A program made the translations under genes and the position numbers. A stretch of DNA of 64,000 nt from the NCBI GenBank assembly GCA_017601395.1, contig JAFNIQ010000001.1, forward strand, positions 16,542 to 80,541, written 5' to 3'. The DNA comes from Candidatus Brockarchaeota archaeon (lineage in GTDB: Archaea; Thermoproteota; EX4484-205; JAAOZP01). The stretch's first letter is position 1; each line of letters starts with the position of its first letter. Shown here in pieces: positions 35,121 through 45,188 of the stretch. Under the pieces are notes generated by a model. It saw nothing but the letters and a program-made list of their open reading frames with translations, ran no database searches and was not told the DNA's origin.

Positions 35121-38100
35121 ATGATAGTGGTTCGACGAAAGCATTTGCTTGTTATTGTGTTTTTAATGATGCTTGTTGCCCCTCTCATAGTAATACAGGG
35201 GAATCGGGAGGCCGTTGAAGAAAAAACTTGGTTAAACCAGGAAGCCCCATTGGTTTCAGCAGACAGGATAAGGGACTATGTAGCGTTGTTTTCGTCAATA
35301 CAGTCAAGGTTCACAGGCTATCCTGGGTCCCTAGAAGCAGCCCAAATCATAATGGACAAGTTTAACGAATCTGGGCTGAAAGTTAGCCTTTTCGAATACA
35401 CGGTGCTGGTTCCGTATGACTCAGGCTCATACATGAAAGTGGGCGGCAGAATGATTAAGGCCTATGGGCTCTACCCTAATGTCGTAGCCACGGGTTTGAA
35501 AAAGGCTTCCGGAAGGCTTGTCTACGCTGGTCACGGTACTCCGGAGGAGCTTAGGGGACTTAACGTGAATGGTAACATAGTCCTCCTCGAGTTTAACTCA
35601 GGGTCTGCATGGGTAGACATGGTTAAGCTTGGTGCATCTGGAATCGTTTTCCTGGAGGACGGTGACACGAATCGCTTTGAAGCATTGAGAAAAATCTCTT
35701 CTGTCCCACTGGATACTCCAAGAATATATGTAGTGGGCCAGGAAGCGTCTCAGCTCAGAGAAATCGCTAGAAATAATCCGGATGCAGAGCTTTTTAACGG
35801 TATGGAGTGGAGAGAAGTTGAGGCTGTTAACGTGATTGGGGAAATGAAGGGTGTCGAAGACCCGTCTAAAGTAATCATTATAACGGTGAACTATGACTCC
35901 GGGTCGATTGTCCCAGGGATCGCTCCGGGGGCTGATGAAGCCATAGGTATTTCTGTCATGCTCGAATTCATCAGATCTTTGAAACAGCAGGGCCTCTCGC
36001 CGAGATACACAGTGCTTTTTATAGCGATGTCTGGACATTGGCAGGCCCTAGCCGGTGCTAGAAGCTTCGTGGAACAATTCTACTTTAACAATTCCGCTAT
36101 AGGCAGGGAAGTCTTCCCGTATCTCGTCATAGACATTAAGATTAGCTCAGGAAGCCCGCACTTAAACCTTGTTTACAGCGGCATGATGTACTCCATTAAT
36201 ACTCAGTATATTGCAAGCAGGTTCAGAGACCTCCGAATATTTTTTGCAAATTCAATTAAATCTTTCATTAACTCTTTCCCAAGCTATGGCAAAAAGGTTT
36301 TGACCAGCAACCTATACCCCGGCCTCTACGGCATCGCGTATGACTCGGCCAGTCCCGGTTTTCAGAAGGGCCTTGCCTTCAAGCATATTCTCGAAATGGA
36401 GCCTTTTGAGCTGGCTAACAGCATTGGGCTCGGAATAATTACTTTCGACGACTTCAGGTATCGCGTTTTCACCCCGTCTGACAGGCTGGATTTCATCGAT
36501 TTCCAGAACGTCATACCTCAAGCACAGCTAACATTCCAGATCCTGTTCGACCTGTTGAATGCTCCGGTTGAAGAATGGTATCCAGGCAGTTGGGAGGGTT
36601 TAAGACCGTTGAGAATGGGTGAAACCTACACTGGAGTTGGTTTCACTGTGTTAAAGGTTGAAGTAGTTGAATACGACCCTACTACGCCAGGCCTATACAG
36701 CCCGGTTTCAAACGCTTTCGTCACGGTGGGGAGCACGTTGGACCAATTCACGCTGATGTTTTCCAAATCGGATTCCTCAGGCTTCGCAGTGTTCAGGGGT
36801 TTAAGGCCATATCCTGAGGCGACGACTGCGTTGCAAACCCCTATTCAGAGTTACGTGATCGACGAGGAGGGGAGAATAATCTATGCTCCAGACAGGGGAC
36901 AGCATGGTGCCGGAACATATCCTTCAAGCGTAACGATAGTCTCACCTGAACAATTCACGAGGAACGTTGTGTTTAAATGCGGGAGCGCCGTCATGTTCGA
37001 TTTAACCGACCCGGACACTCTGCAGGCTGCAGTCTCTCCAAGCTCGATGTTTGGAACCACGAATGCTTATTCGGCGCAACTCAGGAATTACGGTGGCTAC
37101 GAGACCCCGCTAACGATAAGCGTGATGGTGATGCAGATACCTGGATACTCTATTCTAGACTCGTTCGGCTACGAGTTCGACCCCATTCTGTCGGTTGCAC
37201 AGGTTTACGCCCCGCCCCGCATCAGGTTCGGCTTCGTTGTTAAAAGCACGTCTATGGCTAAAACGGTTGCAGTCTATACGAATGTGACTCTGCAGAACCA
37301 GGATGGGTACGGGTATTATTTGGGTAAAGAGGGGGACAGGCTGCTCGTAAAGGGTGGAATACCCGGCATGTTCATGGAGATGTTGACATTAGCATATGGC
37401 AGGTATTTGGCTCAAGCAGACATTCAAGTCCTGGACCCAAAGACGATGGAGAATTTGAATTATGCGATAATGTTTAACCAGACGCTTCTTCAGACGGCTT
37501 CGAAAAAGGATTACAGCGGGTTCTTGACGAGCGCTTTAATGGCTTGGGGGTTCTCCAGCAAGGCTTACCAAAGCTCTTTGAGCGTTGTCCGCGACGCGGT
37601 TACGAGCATAATTCTCGTATTCGCTTTAGCAATACCCTTCATCCTTCTGTTTTCCTCCCTTGTTTACAATTTGAGCAGCGGCTTCAGAAGCGTCGCCCTT
37701 ACTCTTGCTGTGGCGCTGTCCGTGGCGTTGCTTTTAACAGTATTCCACCCGGGTTTTGGGTTAGCGGTAAACGTGCCTGCAATATTCATAGGGACACTGA
37801 TAGTTGCCCTGGTTATTCCAGTGATGTTCTTCCTGTTCTCCAACTTCTCCACAGGGCTTTCCAGGTTGAGGAGAGAAGTTCTTGGTGCACACTTCCTTGA
37901 GAGAAGCGGATTCGACGTTTCGTTTTCAGCCGTATCCATAGGAATAGGCAACTTGAAGAAGCGTAAGTTTAGAACAGTATTAACGATGCTGTGCATAGTA
38001 ATCATAAGTTTCTCGCTTTCGTCTCTGACTTCCGTGACGGAGATAAGGGCTTTAAGAGTTACCCCGACGCCCACCGAGGTTACTTGCAACGGAGTGCTGC

Positions 38101-39638
38101 TGAGAACAGCTAACTTCGCCCCGTTAAACAGGAAGTTGATCGACCTAGTGTCAACCTACATATCTGGCAAGACACTTTATGCTCCGAGGTACTGGGTTTA
38201 TCTTCCTTCCACTCCTGGAGAGGGGACTGCTGGCACAATAGTGATATCCTCTGAGAAAAGCAAGGCTTTGATCTACGCGGCTGTCGGAATAAGCCCTGTA
38301 GAGTTGAAAGCATCTTTCAAGCAGTTTGAAAAAATACTTTTAGAAGGATCCATGTTTAAAGAAGAAGAGGTTTTCTCAGCATTATTGCCGAACAGTCTTG
38401 CGGAAAGCCTGGAGGTGAAGACAGGCGAATATGTCTGGGTTAACGGCTTCCGCTTAACAGTAGCAGGCATACTTAACACGACTGCAATTCTAGCATATGT
38501 GAAGGATTCAGATGGTTTCGTGGACGTCCTGCCCATGGACACGTATATTCTTTCGAACGAGAGAACTCCTCCCCGTGCTGAGGCAGCGTTGAGCCCAGGA
38601 TCCGTAATATTCGTGCCCGCCGGCCTGGTTGAACTGATTCCGGAGGCATGCTTGACAAGCGTTTTCATACCGGCAGACGGGATGGTTTTCGAGGAACTTT
38701 ACGAGAAATGCGGCGAGGTTTTCTCAGCTTTCGAAGGTTTAAACATTTATCTGACGTATAACGGCACTGTATACCGGTTCTCCAAGGAGAACGTTATCTC
38801 GCTATTCGGCTTCCAGTTCATTCTAATACCCATGGTGATCGCGGGGCTGATAACTATGTCGACGATTCTAGGCGGAGTCATGGAGAGAATACGGGAGGGC
38901 TACATATATAGCAGTCTAGGCCTAGCACCGGTTCAAGTAGGCTTAATGTTCTTCGGGGAGAACATCATATACGCTATCGTAGGCTCGATGACGGGCTATC
39001 TCGGCGGAATCTCAGCCTCATACTTGACGAGGAAAATAGGCTTGATAAACCTCCCTGTGAACTACACGTCGTCATTCGTCATGATAGCTGTCGGTCTGGT
39101 GATAGTGCTGGTTCTGGCAGCGTCGCTCTACCCGTTCTACAGAGTCTCCGTCACAGTAACCCCGTCTCTAGAGAGGAAGTGGCGTCTCCAGACTAAGCCG
39201 AAGGGAGACTCGTGGGACATACCGATACCTTTCCGTATAAAGGAGGATGATAGGGCTGCAGGAATGGCTGTTTTCCTCCATGAGTATCTCTGGAACAAGA
39301 GGATAGAGAGGGCAGGAGTCTTCTCCATTGAAAACGTTGAGGTCAGCAAGATAGAGTCTGGAATTAGTGTTAAGTCAAGAGTATGGCTGGCGCCATTCGA
39401 GCAGAACATAAAGCAGGATATGAACATAGTGATATTGAAGAGCAAGACGGAGCAGAATTTCCTTATTTTAATGAATCTAACCAGGGTGTCCGGACCCTAC
39501 GACTCATGGGTCAGGTTCAACTATCCCTTTATTGATGAGATAAGGAAGCAGATGCTGATATGGAACGTTCTCAATCCAGAGGAGCGGGAGAAATACATAC
39601 GTATGGCTAGGGATCGTAGCCTGGTAGGTGAGAAATAA
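35121..39638 (+). CDS. Giant membrane protein (1505 aa): signal/anchor, M28-peptidase-like (possibly non-catalytic) ectodomain, large beta-rich middle region, and an FtsX-like permease module (TM plus extracytoplasmic domain plus 3 TM)
   Basis: M28-like blocks (NVIGEMKGVEDPSKVIIITVNYDSGS…GADEAIGISVMLEF). An FtsX-type N-terminal TM (LKKRKFRTVLTMLCIVIISFSLS). FtsX C-terminal helices (…VIAGLITMSTILGGVMERIREGYIYSSLGLAPVQVGLMFFGENIIYAIVG…). Confidence 0.7.
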   Translation: MIVVRRKHLLVIVFLMMLVAPLIVIQGNREAVEEKTWLNQEAPLVSADRIRDYVALFSSIQSRFTGYPGSLEAAQIIMDKFNESGLKVSLFEYTVLVPYDSGSYMKVGGRMIKAYGLYPNVVATGLKKASGRLVYAGHGTPEELRGLNVNGNIVLLEFNSGSAWVDMVKLGASGIVFLEDGDTNRFEALRKISSVPLDTPRIYVVGQEASQLREIARNNPDAELFNGMEWREVEAVNVIGEMKGVEDPSKVIIITVNYDSGSIVPGIAPGADEAIGISVMLEFIRSLKQQGLSPRYTVLFIAMSGHWQALAGARSFVEQFYFNNSAIGREVFPYLVIDIKISSGSPHLNLVYSGMMYSINTQYIASRFRDLRIFFANSIKSFINSFPSYGKKVLTSNLYPGLYGIAYDSASPGFQKGLAFKHILEMEPFELANSIGLGIITFDDFRYRVFTPSDRLDFIDFQNVIPQAQLTFQILFDLLNAPVEEWYPGSWEGLRPLRMGETYTGVGFTVLKVEVVEYDPTTPGLYSPVSNAFVTVGSTLDQFTLMFSKSDSSGFAVFRGLRPYPEATTALQTPIQSYVIDEEGRIIYAPDRGQHGAGTYPSSVTIVSPEQFTRNVVFKCGSAVMFDLTDPDTLQAAVSPSSMFGTTNAYSAQLRNYGGYETPLTISVMVMQIPGYSILDSFGYEFDPILSVAQVYAPPRIRFGFVVKSTSMAKTVAVYTNVTLQNQDGYGYYLGKEGDRLLVKGGIPGMFMEMLTLAYGRYLAQADIQVLDPKTMENLNYAIMFNQTLLQTASKKDYSGFLTSALMAWGFSSKAYQSSLSVVRDAVTSIILVFALAIPFILLFSSLVYNLSSGFRSVALTLAVALSVALLLTVFHPGFGLAVNVPAIFIGTLIVALVIPVMFFLFSNFSTGLSRLRREVLGAHFLERSGFDVSFSAVSIGIGNLKKRKFRTVLTMLCIVIISFSLSSLTSVTEIRALRVTPTPTEVTCNGVLLRTANFAPLNRKLIDLVSTYISGKTLYAPRYWVYLPSTPGEGTAGTIVISSEKSKALIYAAVGISPVELKASFKQFEKILLEGSMFKEEEVFSALLPNSLAESLEVKTGEYVWVNGFRLTVAGILNTTAILAYVKDSDGFVDVLPMDTYILSNERTPPRAEAALSPGSVIFVPAGLVELIPEACLTSVFIPADGMVFEELYEKCGEVFSAFEGLNIYLTYNGTVYRFSKENVISLFGFQFILIPMVIAGLITMSTILGGVMERIREGYIYSSLGLAPVQVGLMFFGENIIYAIVGSMTGYLGGISASYLTRKIGLINLPVNYTSSFVMIAVGLVIVLVLAASLYPFYRVSVTVTPSLERKWRLQTKPKGDSWDIPIPFRIKEDDRAAGMAVFLHEYLWNKRIERAGVFSIENVEVSKIESGISVKSRVWLAPFEQNIKQDMNIVILKSKTEQNFLILMNLTRVSGPYDSWVRFNYPFIDEIRKQMLIWNVLNPEEREKYIRMARDRSLVGEK

Positions 39639-41557
39639 TGGAAGAGGCTGCACGTGAAAAAGAAGCCTTCATCCCCGGGCTGACAATCGTATCGGTCTCC
39701 GCAGTATTGTTCGGGCTTGTGGTAATCGTGCCCGCAATAATCTATTTAGGCTGGGCTGTCGGCTCTTTAGGTGGAACCGAGAGGTTCATCCCGGTTTTCG
39801 TCACAATCCTCCTATTCACCGAGGCGGGGAGGCTCGTTAAGAGGTATATAACATCGCAAGAGGCTTACATAATATACTTCATGCTTCAAGCCATAGCCCT
39901 ATGGTTCGTCGGCGGAGGAATGTTCGGCGACTTCCTTATAAGGTATTACTACAGGTCCGCCCCTTACACTATCCTATATGGTATAGCTGAAAAGCTTCCC
40001 ACATGGTATGTCCCTGAGCTCGGGAGCTACGGCCCACTCCACAGGACTTTCCTCTCCCCAGACTGGGTGATTCCAATATCGATTTCTCTAGCTGTTAACG
40101 TTTGCGTGCTGATGATAGATTACGGTGTTTCTTTCATAACAAACATGCTCTACATAGAGATAGAGAAGCTCCCGTTCCCCGTCGCACCCATAGACTACCA
40201 GGCGATTTCAACCCTTACTGAGAGAACACCTGAGAAAATAATGTACTTCTCTTTCGCCGCTGTGATAAGCTTCATCTACGAGTTCGCCATCTACGGGATT
40301 CCAAACATAACCTCGATTTTCCTAGGCAGGGCTATAACCGTCATACCGTATCCCTGGGTGGACTTAACCACGGGGATTGAAAGAATCCTGCCGGGAGCAG
40401 TTTTTGCAGTCGGAACCGATATTGCTCAATACATGGTGGGCTGGCTTATCCCGTTTAACGCCGCGGTATGGATGTTCATCGGGTCGGTGGCAGTCTGGGT
40501 TTTCGGAAACTCTATAGCGCTCAGGATTGACCATCCCTACTTCAGCATGTGGCAGAGAGAATGGACTTACGGCGCGTCAATCCAATGGTGGTGGCAGAGA
40601 GCAATCTACGACCTGTGGGCAAGTCCACAAGTAGGTTTAACACTCGGGATCGCGCTTGGAATACTTGCTGTAGGAGCCAAAAACATTGCGCGAGCAATCC
40701 TCTCCCTCAGACATCTTTCGGCAGAGCAGCTTAAAACATCATACTTGCCTTTCAGCTGGATAGTTGCTTTAATCGCCGCCGGGTCTATAGGCGGGTTGCT
40801 TGTTTCAGTCTCCCTTGCCCCAGAACTATGGTTCGTCTGGGTGGTGACCTGGACGATAGTTCCGTTTATTCAAGGTATTCTGACAGCCAGGGCTACTGCT
40901 GAAACCGGGTTATCTGTCACCATACCCTACATTAGGGAAGCGTTCTTCGTTTCTTTCACAAGGCCTGGAGACGTGGTCCCGTGGGTGGTTCCGACGCATG
41001 TGACAAGCAGCGCCGGGATAATTACGCACAGGGTCTACGTGGCTAAGCTCCTGAAAGTCAGGCCCCTAGACTACTACAAGGCCTACCTCATATTCTTCAT
41101 AGTGGCTATTCTCCTATCCCTGCTGTACGTTTCAATATTCTGGGCGATGACGCCCATACCTTCTGCCTTCTACCCGTACGCCAGCTACTCCTGGCCTATT
41201 TCAGCCCTCTACTTCTCCCTATGGGTCTCTAGGTCGATCGAGATTTTCAAGGTGGACGTGATAGCTATCTCAAGCGTCTTATCCTTCATAATGGTCGTCG
41301 TCTCCTCCCGTTTCCCAACGCAATACTTCTCCCCAATAGGCTTCCTATACGGTTTTCAAAACATTCCCGCTTACACGCTTCCACCATTGATCGGAGCCCT
41401 GATCGGAAAATGGCTTGAGAGGAGAATGGGTAAGGATAAATGGGTTGTGCGGAGAGGAGTGATAATCGCCGGAACATTCTGCGGGATCGCGCTTGCAGTA
41501 GCAGCCGCTGTCGCCATCACTATAATGGGGAGAGCGATAACAGCTAAACCATTCTAA
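39638..41557 (+). CDS. Hypothetical giant polytopic membrane protein (639 aa), paralogue B. The start overlaps the upstream stop (TAATG).
   Basis: About 14 TM helices. It shares an E-K-L-P-F-P-V-A-P-I motif and overall architecture with the protein at 32859..34964. Confidence 0.6.
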   Translation: MEEAAREKEAFIPGLTIVSVSAVLFGLVVIVPAIIYLGWAVGSLGGTERFIPVFVTILLFTEAGRLVKRYITSQEAYIIYFMLQAIALWFVGGGMFGDFLIRYYYRSAPYTILYGIAEKLPTWYVPELGSYGPLHRTFLSPDWVIPISISLAVNVCVLMIDYGVSFITNMLYIEIEKLPFPVAPIDYQAISTLTERTPEKIMYFSFAAVISFIYEFAIYGIPNITSIFLGRAITVIPYPWVDLTTGIERILPGAVFAVGTDIAQYMVGWLIPFNAAVWMFIGSVAVWVFGNSIALRIDHPYFSMWQREWTYGASIQWWWQRAIYDLWASPQVGLTLGIALGILAVGAKNIARAILSLRHLSAEQLKTSYLPFSWIVALIAAGSIGGLLVSVSLAPELWFVWVVTWTIVPFIQGILTARATAETGLSVTIPYIREAFFVSFTRPGDVVPWVVPTHVTSSAGIITHRVYVAKLLKVRPLDYYKAYLIFFIVAILLSLLYVSIFWAMTPIPSAFYPYASYSWPISALYFSLWVSRSIEIFKVDVIAISSVLSFIMVVVSSRFPTQYFSPIGFLYGFQNIPAYTLPPLIGALIGKWLERRMGKDKWVVRRGVIIAGTFCGIALAVAAAVAITIMGRAITAKPF

Positions 41558-41571
41558 GTTAGCCTCTGTGC

Positions 41572-42660
41572 TTATTTCCTTTTTAGCGCGCCTATCTCGG
41601 AAGTATAGAGAATTAGTCGGTCTACCTCCGTGCTCCATCCAAGCTCCCTGGTGTGGTTCGGATCCACCGCCTCAACCCATATTAGCCACCTGTCGCCCCT
41701 TATCCTGTCGAATAAGGCTTGAGCATAAGTGTGAATCGGGTACTCGCCGTGTTCGAAACGTGAAAGCGGTGTCCAAACTTTTTCGAAAATGGTTTCTAAA
41801 TTAAGCCTTCCTAAATCAATACTGTAGGCGACAAAATGTTTGGTAAGCGCGTTCCCCCTTATCACATCCAGCGTTTTCGTGCCGATGAAAATCAGACCCG
41901 TTGAGCCTGGGATTATTGAGCCGCTCAGCAGGAAGAAGTCCGGTTGACTCTTACCGTCAACAGTAGGCACTCCAAGCTTAACCCAGTTCTTCCCATCGCT
42001 ACCGACAGCCAACGCCGTCTTCACGATGCTTGTGCCCGCCCTCCTAGCCTTGTAGAGGCAGAAGTATCTGCCATCAACTATGTCTATAGTAGCGTCTCTC
42101 GATTCTCCGCTGTCGTATTCCTCGCTTCCTCTGATTACGAAGCCTTCAGGCTCCCATGGGCCGGAAGGATCTTCCGAAGTCAGTAGAAAGGTTTCCCACC
42201 TGCTCTCCGTGAAAGCCTCTCCCTCGACAACCAAGTTCTCCCTTGAAACATTCAGCGAAAGATAAAGATGGTATCTCCCACTCAAGGGGTCTTTTAAAAG
42301 CTGCTGGTTCTCAATGCTTAGAATCTGGTTTTTCGTCATCTCGCTCAACTCCTCCTTAGTGATCCATGTTACCAGATCATAATTCTCACCATCCTTCGAC
42401 CTGTATATTTCAACAGCGTACCCCCTCCTCATCTCCTTCATCTCTCTCGGCCTACTCGTCAACCAGTATTCACTATTCTCCTCATCGATCCACATTTTTC
42501 CAGCGCCGCACCAAGAGCCGGGGTTGAAATTGGGAGGGTCGAGGAGCACCTTCATAAACCTTCTTTTGGAGAAGATGGCTTGAGGTGGGTATAGGCCACA
42601 CCAGCTCATAACAACGTTGAGAAAAGAAATGTTATTTAAGGCTTTCGCCATTGTTTTCAC
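41572..42660 (-). CDS. Hypothetical protein, possibly a beta-propeller glycosidase-like fold (GH43/GH32/GH130-type?). The start may be the internal Met (MKVLLDPP…).
   Basis: ORF of 362 aa with no TM. Repeated beta-strand-rich segments. It sits among glycoside hydrolase genes. No firm family motif was recognised. Confidence 0.35.
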   Translation of the reverse strand: MKTMAKALNNISFLNVVMSWCGLYPPQAIFSKRRFMKVLLDPPNFNPGSWCGAGKMWIDEENSEYWLTSRPREMKEMRRGYAVEIYRSKDGENYDLVTWITKEELSEMTKNQILSIENQQLLKDPLSGRYHLYLSLNVSRENLVVEGEAFTESRWETFLLTSEDPSGPWEPEGFVIRGSEEYDSGESRDATIDIVDGRYFCLYKARRAGTSIVKTALAVGSDGKNWVKLGVPTVDGKSQPDFFLLSGSIIPGSTGLIFIGTKTLDVIRGNALTKHFVAYSIDLGRLNLETIFEKVWTPLSRFEHGEYPIHTYAQALFDRIRGDRWLIWVEAVDPNHTRELGWSTEVDRLILYTSEIGALKRK

Positions 42661-42695
42661 TTTCTATATTGCGGATCGTAGTCTTTTCCACTCAT

Positions 42696-43810
42696 CTATG
42701 AAAGCCTGAGCATTCTACCTGGCCACTGCTCGCGGATAGAGGGCACTGCGTGAAGAATGAAGCCTCTTCGGCCGAAAACTTGGAAAGCATTCTGAACTGC
42801 TTTACGCACAGTCTCTGGCTTCCCCTGGCCTATGTGGACGGGCGCGCTAACACCTCCCCCAGATACGCTTTCTACCGCCAAGCTTCTGAGCCAGGATCTT
42901 CATGTCTTGGTTTCCAAGAGCCGGCTCGATGCCGTCATAAGCGTCGAAGGGGAGTTCAGCCAAATAGTCTAATATGGGCATCACGCCTGTGCAAACCGTG
43001 TAGCTGCAAACCCTGTCGGCGGAATGTACCTGCTCAGCCTCCTCTCGCAACCTTTCCCCCTGAAAGGTTTGTAGCTGCCTAGGCTCCAGAAATCCGTGGT
43101 CTCGTAGAAGCCGTTGCGGCGCACAATATCCACGCCATTTTCGAGAGCTAACTCCAATTGGTGCGTTGTTGTCTCATGCTCAATTTCCAAGAATCATTCT
43201 ATTACCTTGGGGTGTTTAATTGAAAGGTAGATACTCCTTGTGCCAAAAAGCAGGAAAGCCGCTGTTAGCTCCATGTCGATTGTAGCCATAGTGGCTGACC
43301 CTAACTGTTCGACCAAGGCTCTAGCCTTCACCATTTTTTCCTGAAAGGCTGCAACCTCCCGCCTTCTTGGGGGCATGTGCACATAAGCCCAGCGCTCAAC
43401 GTCCTCCATGTTTTCAAGCCAAGGCTTAACGAAGATGGAGACGTTGAAGTCTGAGAGTAGCGGTATTTCCATGCCATGTGGCCAATCAGGGGTTCTCCTA
43501 ACAGCGGCGGTAAGAGGCCCGGCGGGAGTCATGATCTCCTTGTGAAGAATGGGATAGAGCTCACGCAGGTTCTCCCAAACCCTAAAAGATACTTCAGGAC
43601 GCTGGCCCGCTGGAACACCCAAGGGTATAACAGGGTCGATGCCCCGCTCCTCCACTTGGAACCGGAGTGCTTGCTCACCATATGGGTCTTGCCGTTGCCA
43701 GTCCCTATACCTACCAGGCTCAACCTGGGACTCATGAAAAAAGTTGAGAGCGGCACGTAGTCCACATCCCCTCGACGCATAGCTACTATTACGCGTTCAC
43801 GAGGGTTCAT
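42696..43810 (-). pseudogene. Disrupted uroporphyrinogen-decarboxylase-family (MtaA/CmuA-like) gene, split over at least 4 reading frames
   Basis: Minus-strand fragments 43529..43810 (MNPRERVIVAMRRGDVDYVPL…), 43194..43655, 42981..43190, 42847..43050 and 42696..42881 align colinearly with successive segments of the intact paralogue at 47364..48461. One example is …CTGVMPILDYLAELPFDAYDGIEPALGNQDMKILAQKLGG… against TDGNVNLLIPKLIEAGFTALQPMEVKAGMDVVELKEKYG. Confidence 0.55.
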
Positions 43811-43920
43811 CCATTTCTACCTAATTTACATCCAGCGACTTGCTTACATATATGTTTTTGAATTATGTTTTAATCAACCTTTAACGGATATTCAAAAGTG
43901 GCATCGTATTAAACTCAGAT

Positions 43921-45051
43921 TTAGAATATGTCTTCCGCGTAGGCTACACCTGCCGCATGTATGCCCCATTCTCGATATTTTAAGCATGTGGCTGAGTAAT
44001 AAGCCGTATAGATGGTTCCGTCATCAAGCTGGACACTACTTGGGTATCCGCAGTCAGCGTCTGTCGCATAAGAGACTAAGGCGGCTCTCCTGTTAAACAT
44101 CCATGATCGGCCGCCGTCGAGGCTTATCACTGCATGAACCCCGTAAGGCACCCTCCGGTGTCCAAAGGTTAGCAAAACCTTCCCGCTCTTAAGGTAACAA
44201 AGGTCCCCGGGGTGTTCACCGCCAACAGTCACCTGTTTAGGCTCAGACCATGTGTAACCCATGTCTCGAGAGCGACTGATGGCAACGCATTCGCCGCCAC
44301 CCTGAGCATGAGGTCCGCGGAGGGCTGCCAACAAGTCTCCATCGGGTAATTGTAGAAGAGCAGTTTCATTATATCCTTTAGCGACGATGGTTAAATCCTT
44401 CCATGTGAAACCATTGTCTTCGGAGCGTAGAATATAGCTGGTCTCTATCGAGCCTTCTACAGTATATTCTTGAGAGTAAACAGACATAAGAATAGTTCCA
44501 TCATCTGTCTGAAGCATTCTCCCATAGGGTGAAACCGCCCCTTTAAACGGAAACTCCAGCGGCTCGGGCTTACTCCACTCCCTACCACCGTTGGTCGACC
44601 TCGTTACGAACATTTGCCACCTCATCCCATTCCTCTTCCACAACCCATTCTCATAACCCCAGACTCTTACAAAGGCAACCAGCAGAGTACCGTCCTTCAA
44701 TTGACATAAGGCCGGATTCCTATCATCAGTCTGAGAAACGGTTACAATTCTTGGCATTGTCCATGTCTTACCCCCGTCTTTAGATAACGAGAGCTCTAAG
44801 CGGCCTCGTTGACCAACATGGTAATCCCCCATGCGGAAGACAACTGCTAGGTTTCCGTCACGGAGTTTAGTCAAAACCGGGAAATATCCACCCATAGGAG
44901 TTATAAGATATCTTCTCACCCGCTTGAGGGAACCAACCATCGCCTCATCGCAAAACTGCATTCCATACTTGAACTCCTCATCGGCTTTCATGTTTTTCCA
45001 CGGCCAACCGTTTTTCCGTATGCGGGCGTTCTTATTAATTTTGATGTTCAT
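43921..45051 (-). CDS. BNR/Asp-box repeat beta-propeller protein (sialidase/exo-alpha-sialidase-like glycosidase fold)
   Basis: Five Asp-box motifs (SKDGGKTW, STNGGREW, SEDNGFTW, SRDMGYTW, SLDGGRSW) spaced about 60 aa apart. Confidence 0.7.
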   Translation of the reverse strand: MNIKINKNARIRKNGWPWKNMKADEEFKYGMQFCDEAMVGSLKRVRRYLITPMGGYFPVLTKLRDGNLAVVFRMGDYHVGQRGRLELSLSKDGGKTWTMPRIVTVSQTDDRNPALCQLKDGTLLVAFVRVWGYENGLWKRNGMRWQMFVTRSTNGGREWSKPEPLEFPFKGAVSPYGRMLQTDDGTILMSVYSQEYTVEGSIETSYILRSEDNGFTWKDLTIVAKGYNETALLQLPDGDLLAALRGPHAQGGGECVAISRSRDMGYTWSEPKQVTVGGEHPGDLCYLKSGKVLLTFGHRRVPYGVHAVISLDGGRSWMFNRRAALVSYATDADCGYPSSVQLDDGTIYTAYYSATCLKYREWGIHAAGVAYAEDIF

Positions 45052-45188
45052 GTTTGCGGTATAAGTATCACCATTGCCCTTCGTATCCGCGTGCTAGCTG
45101 TGTAGGTGAGCTTTTCCTCACTATAGTCGCAGAACGTTAGCGCAAGAAACTAGGAATTTTAAGGTTTTTTTCACACGCATCAAACGTT

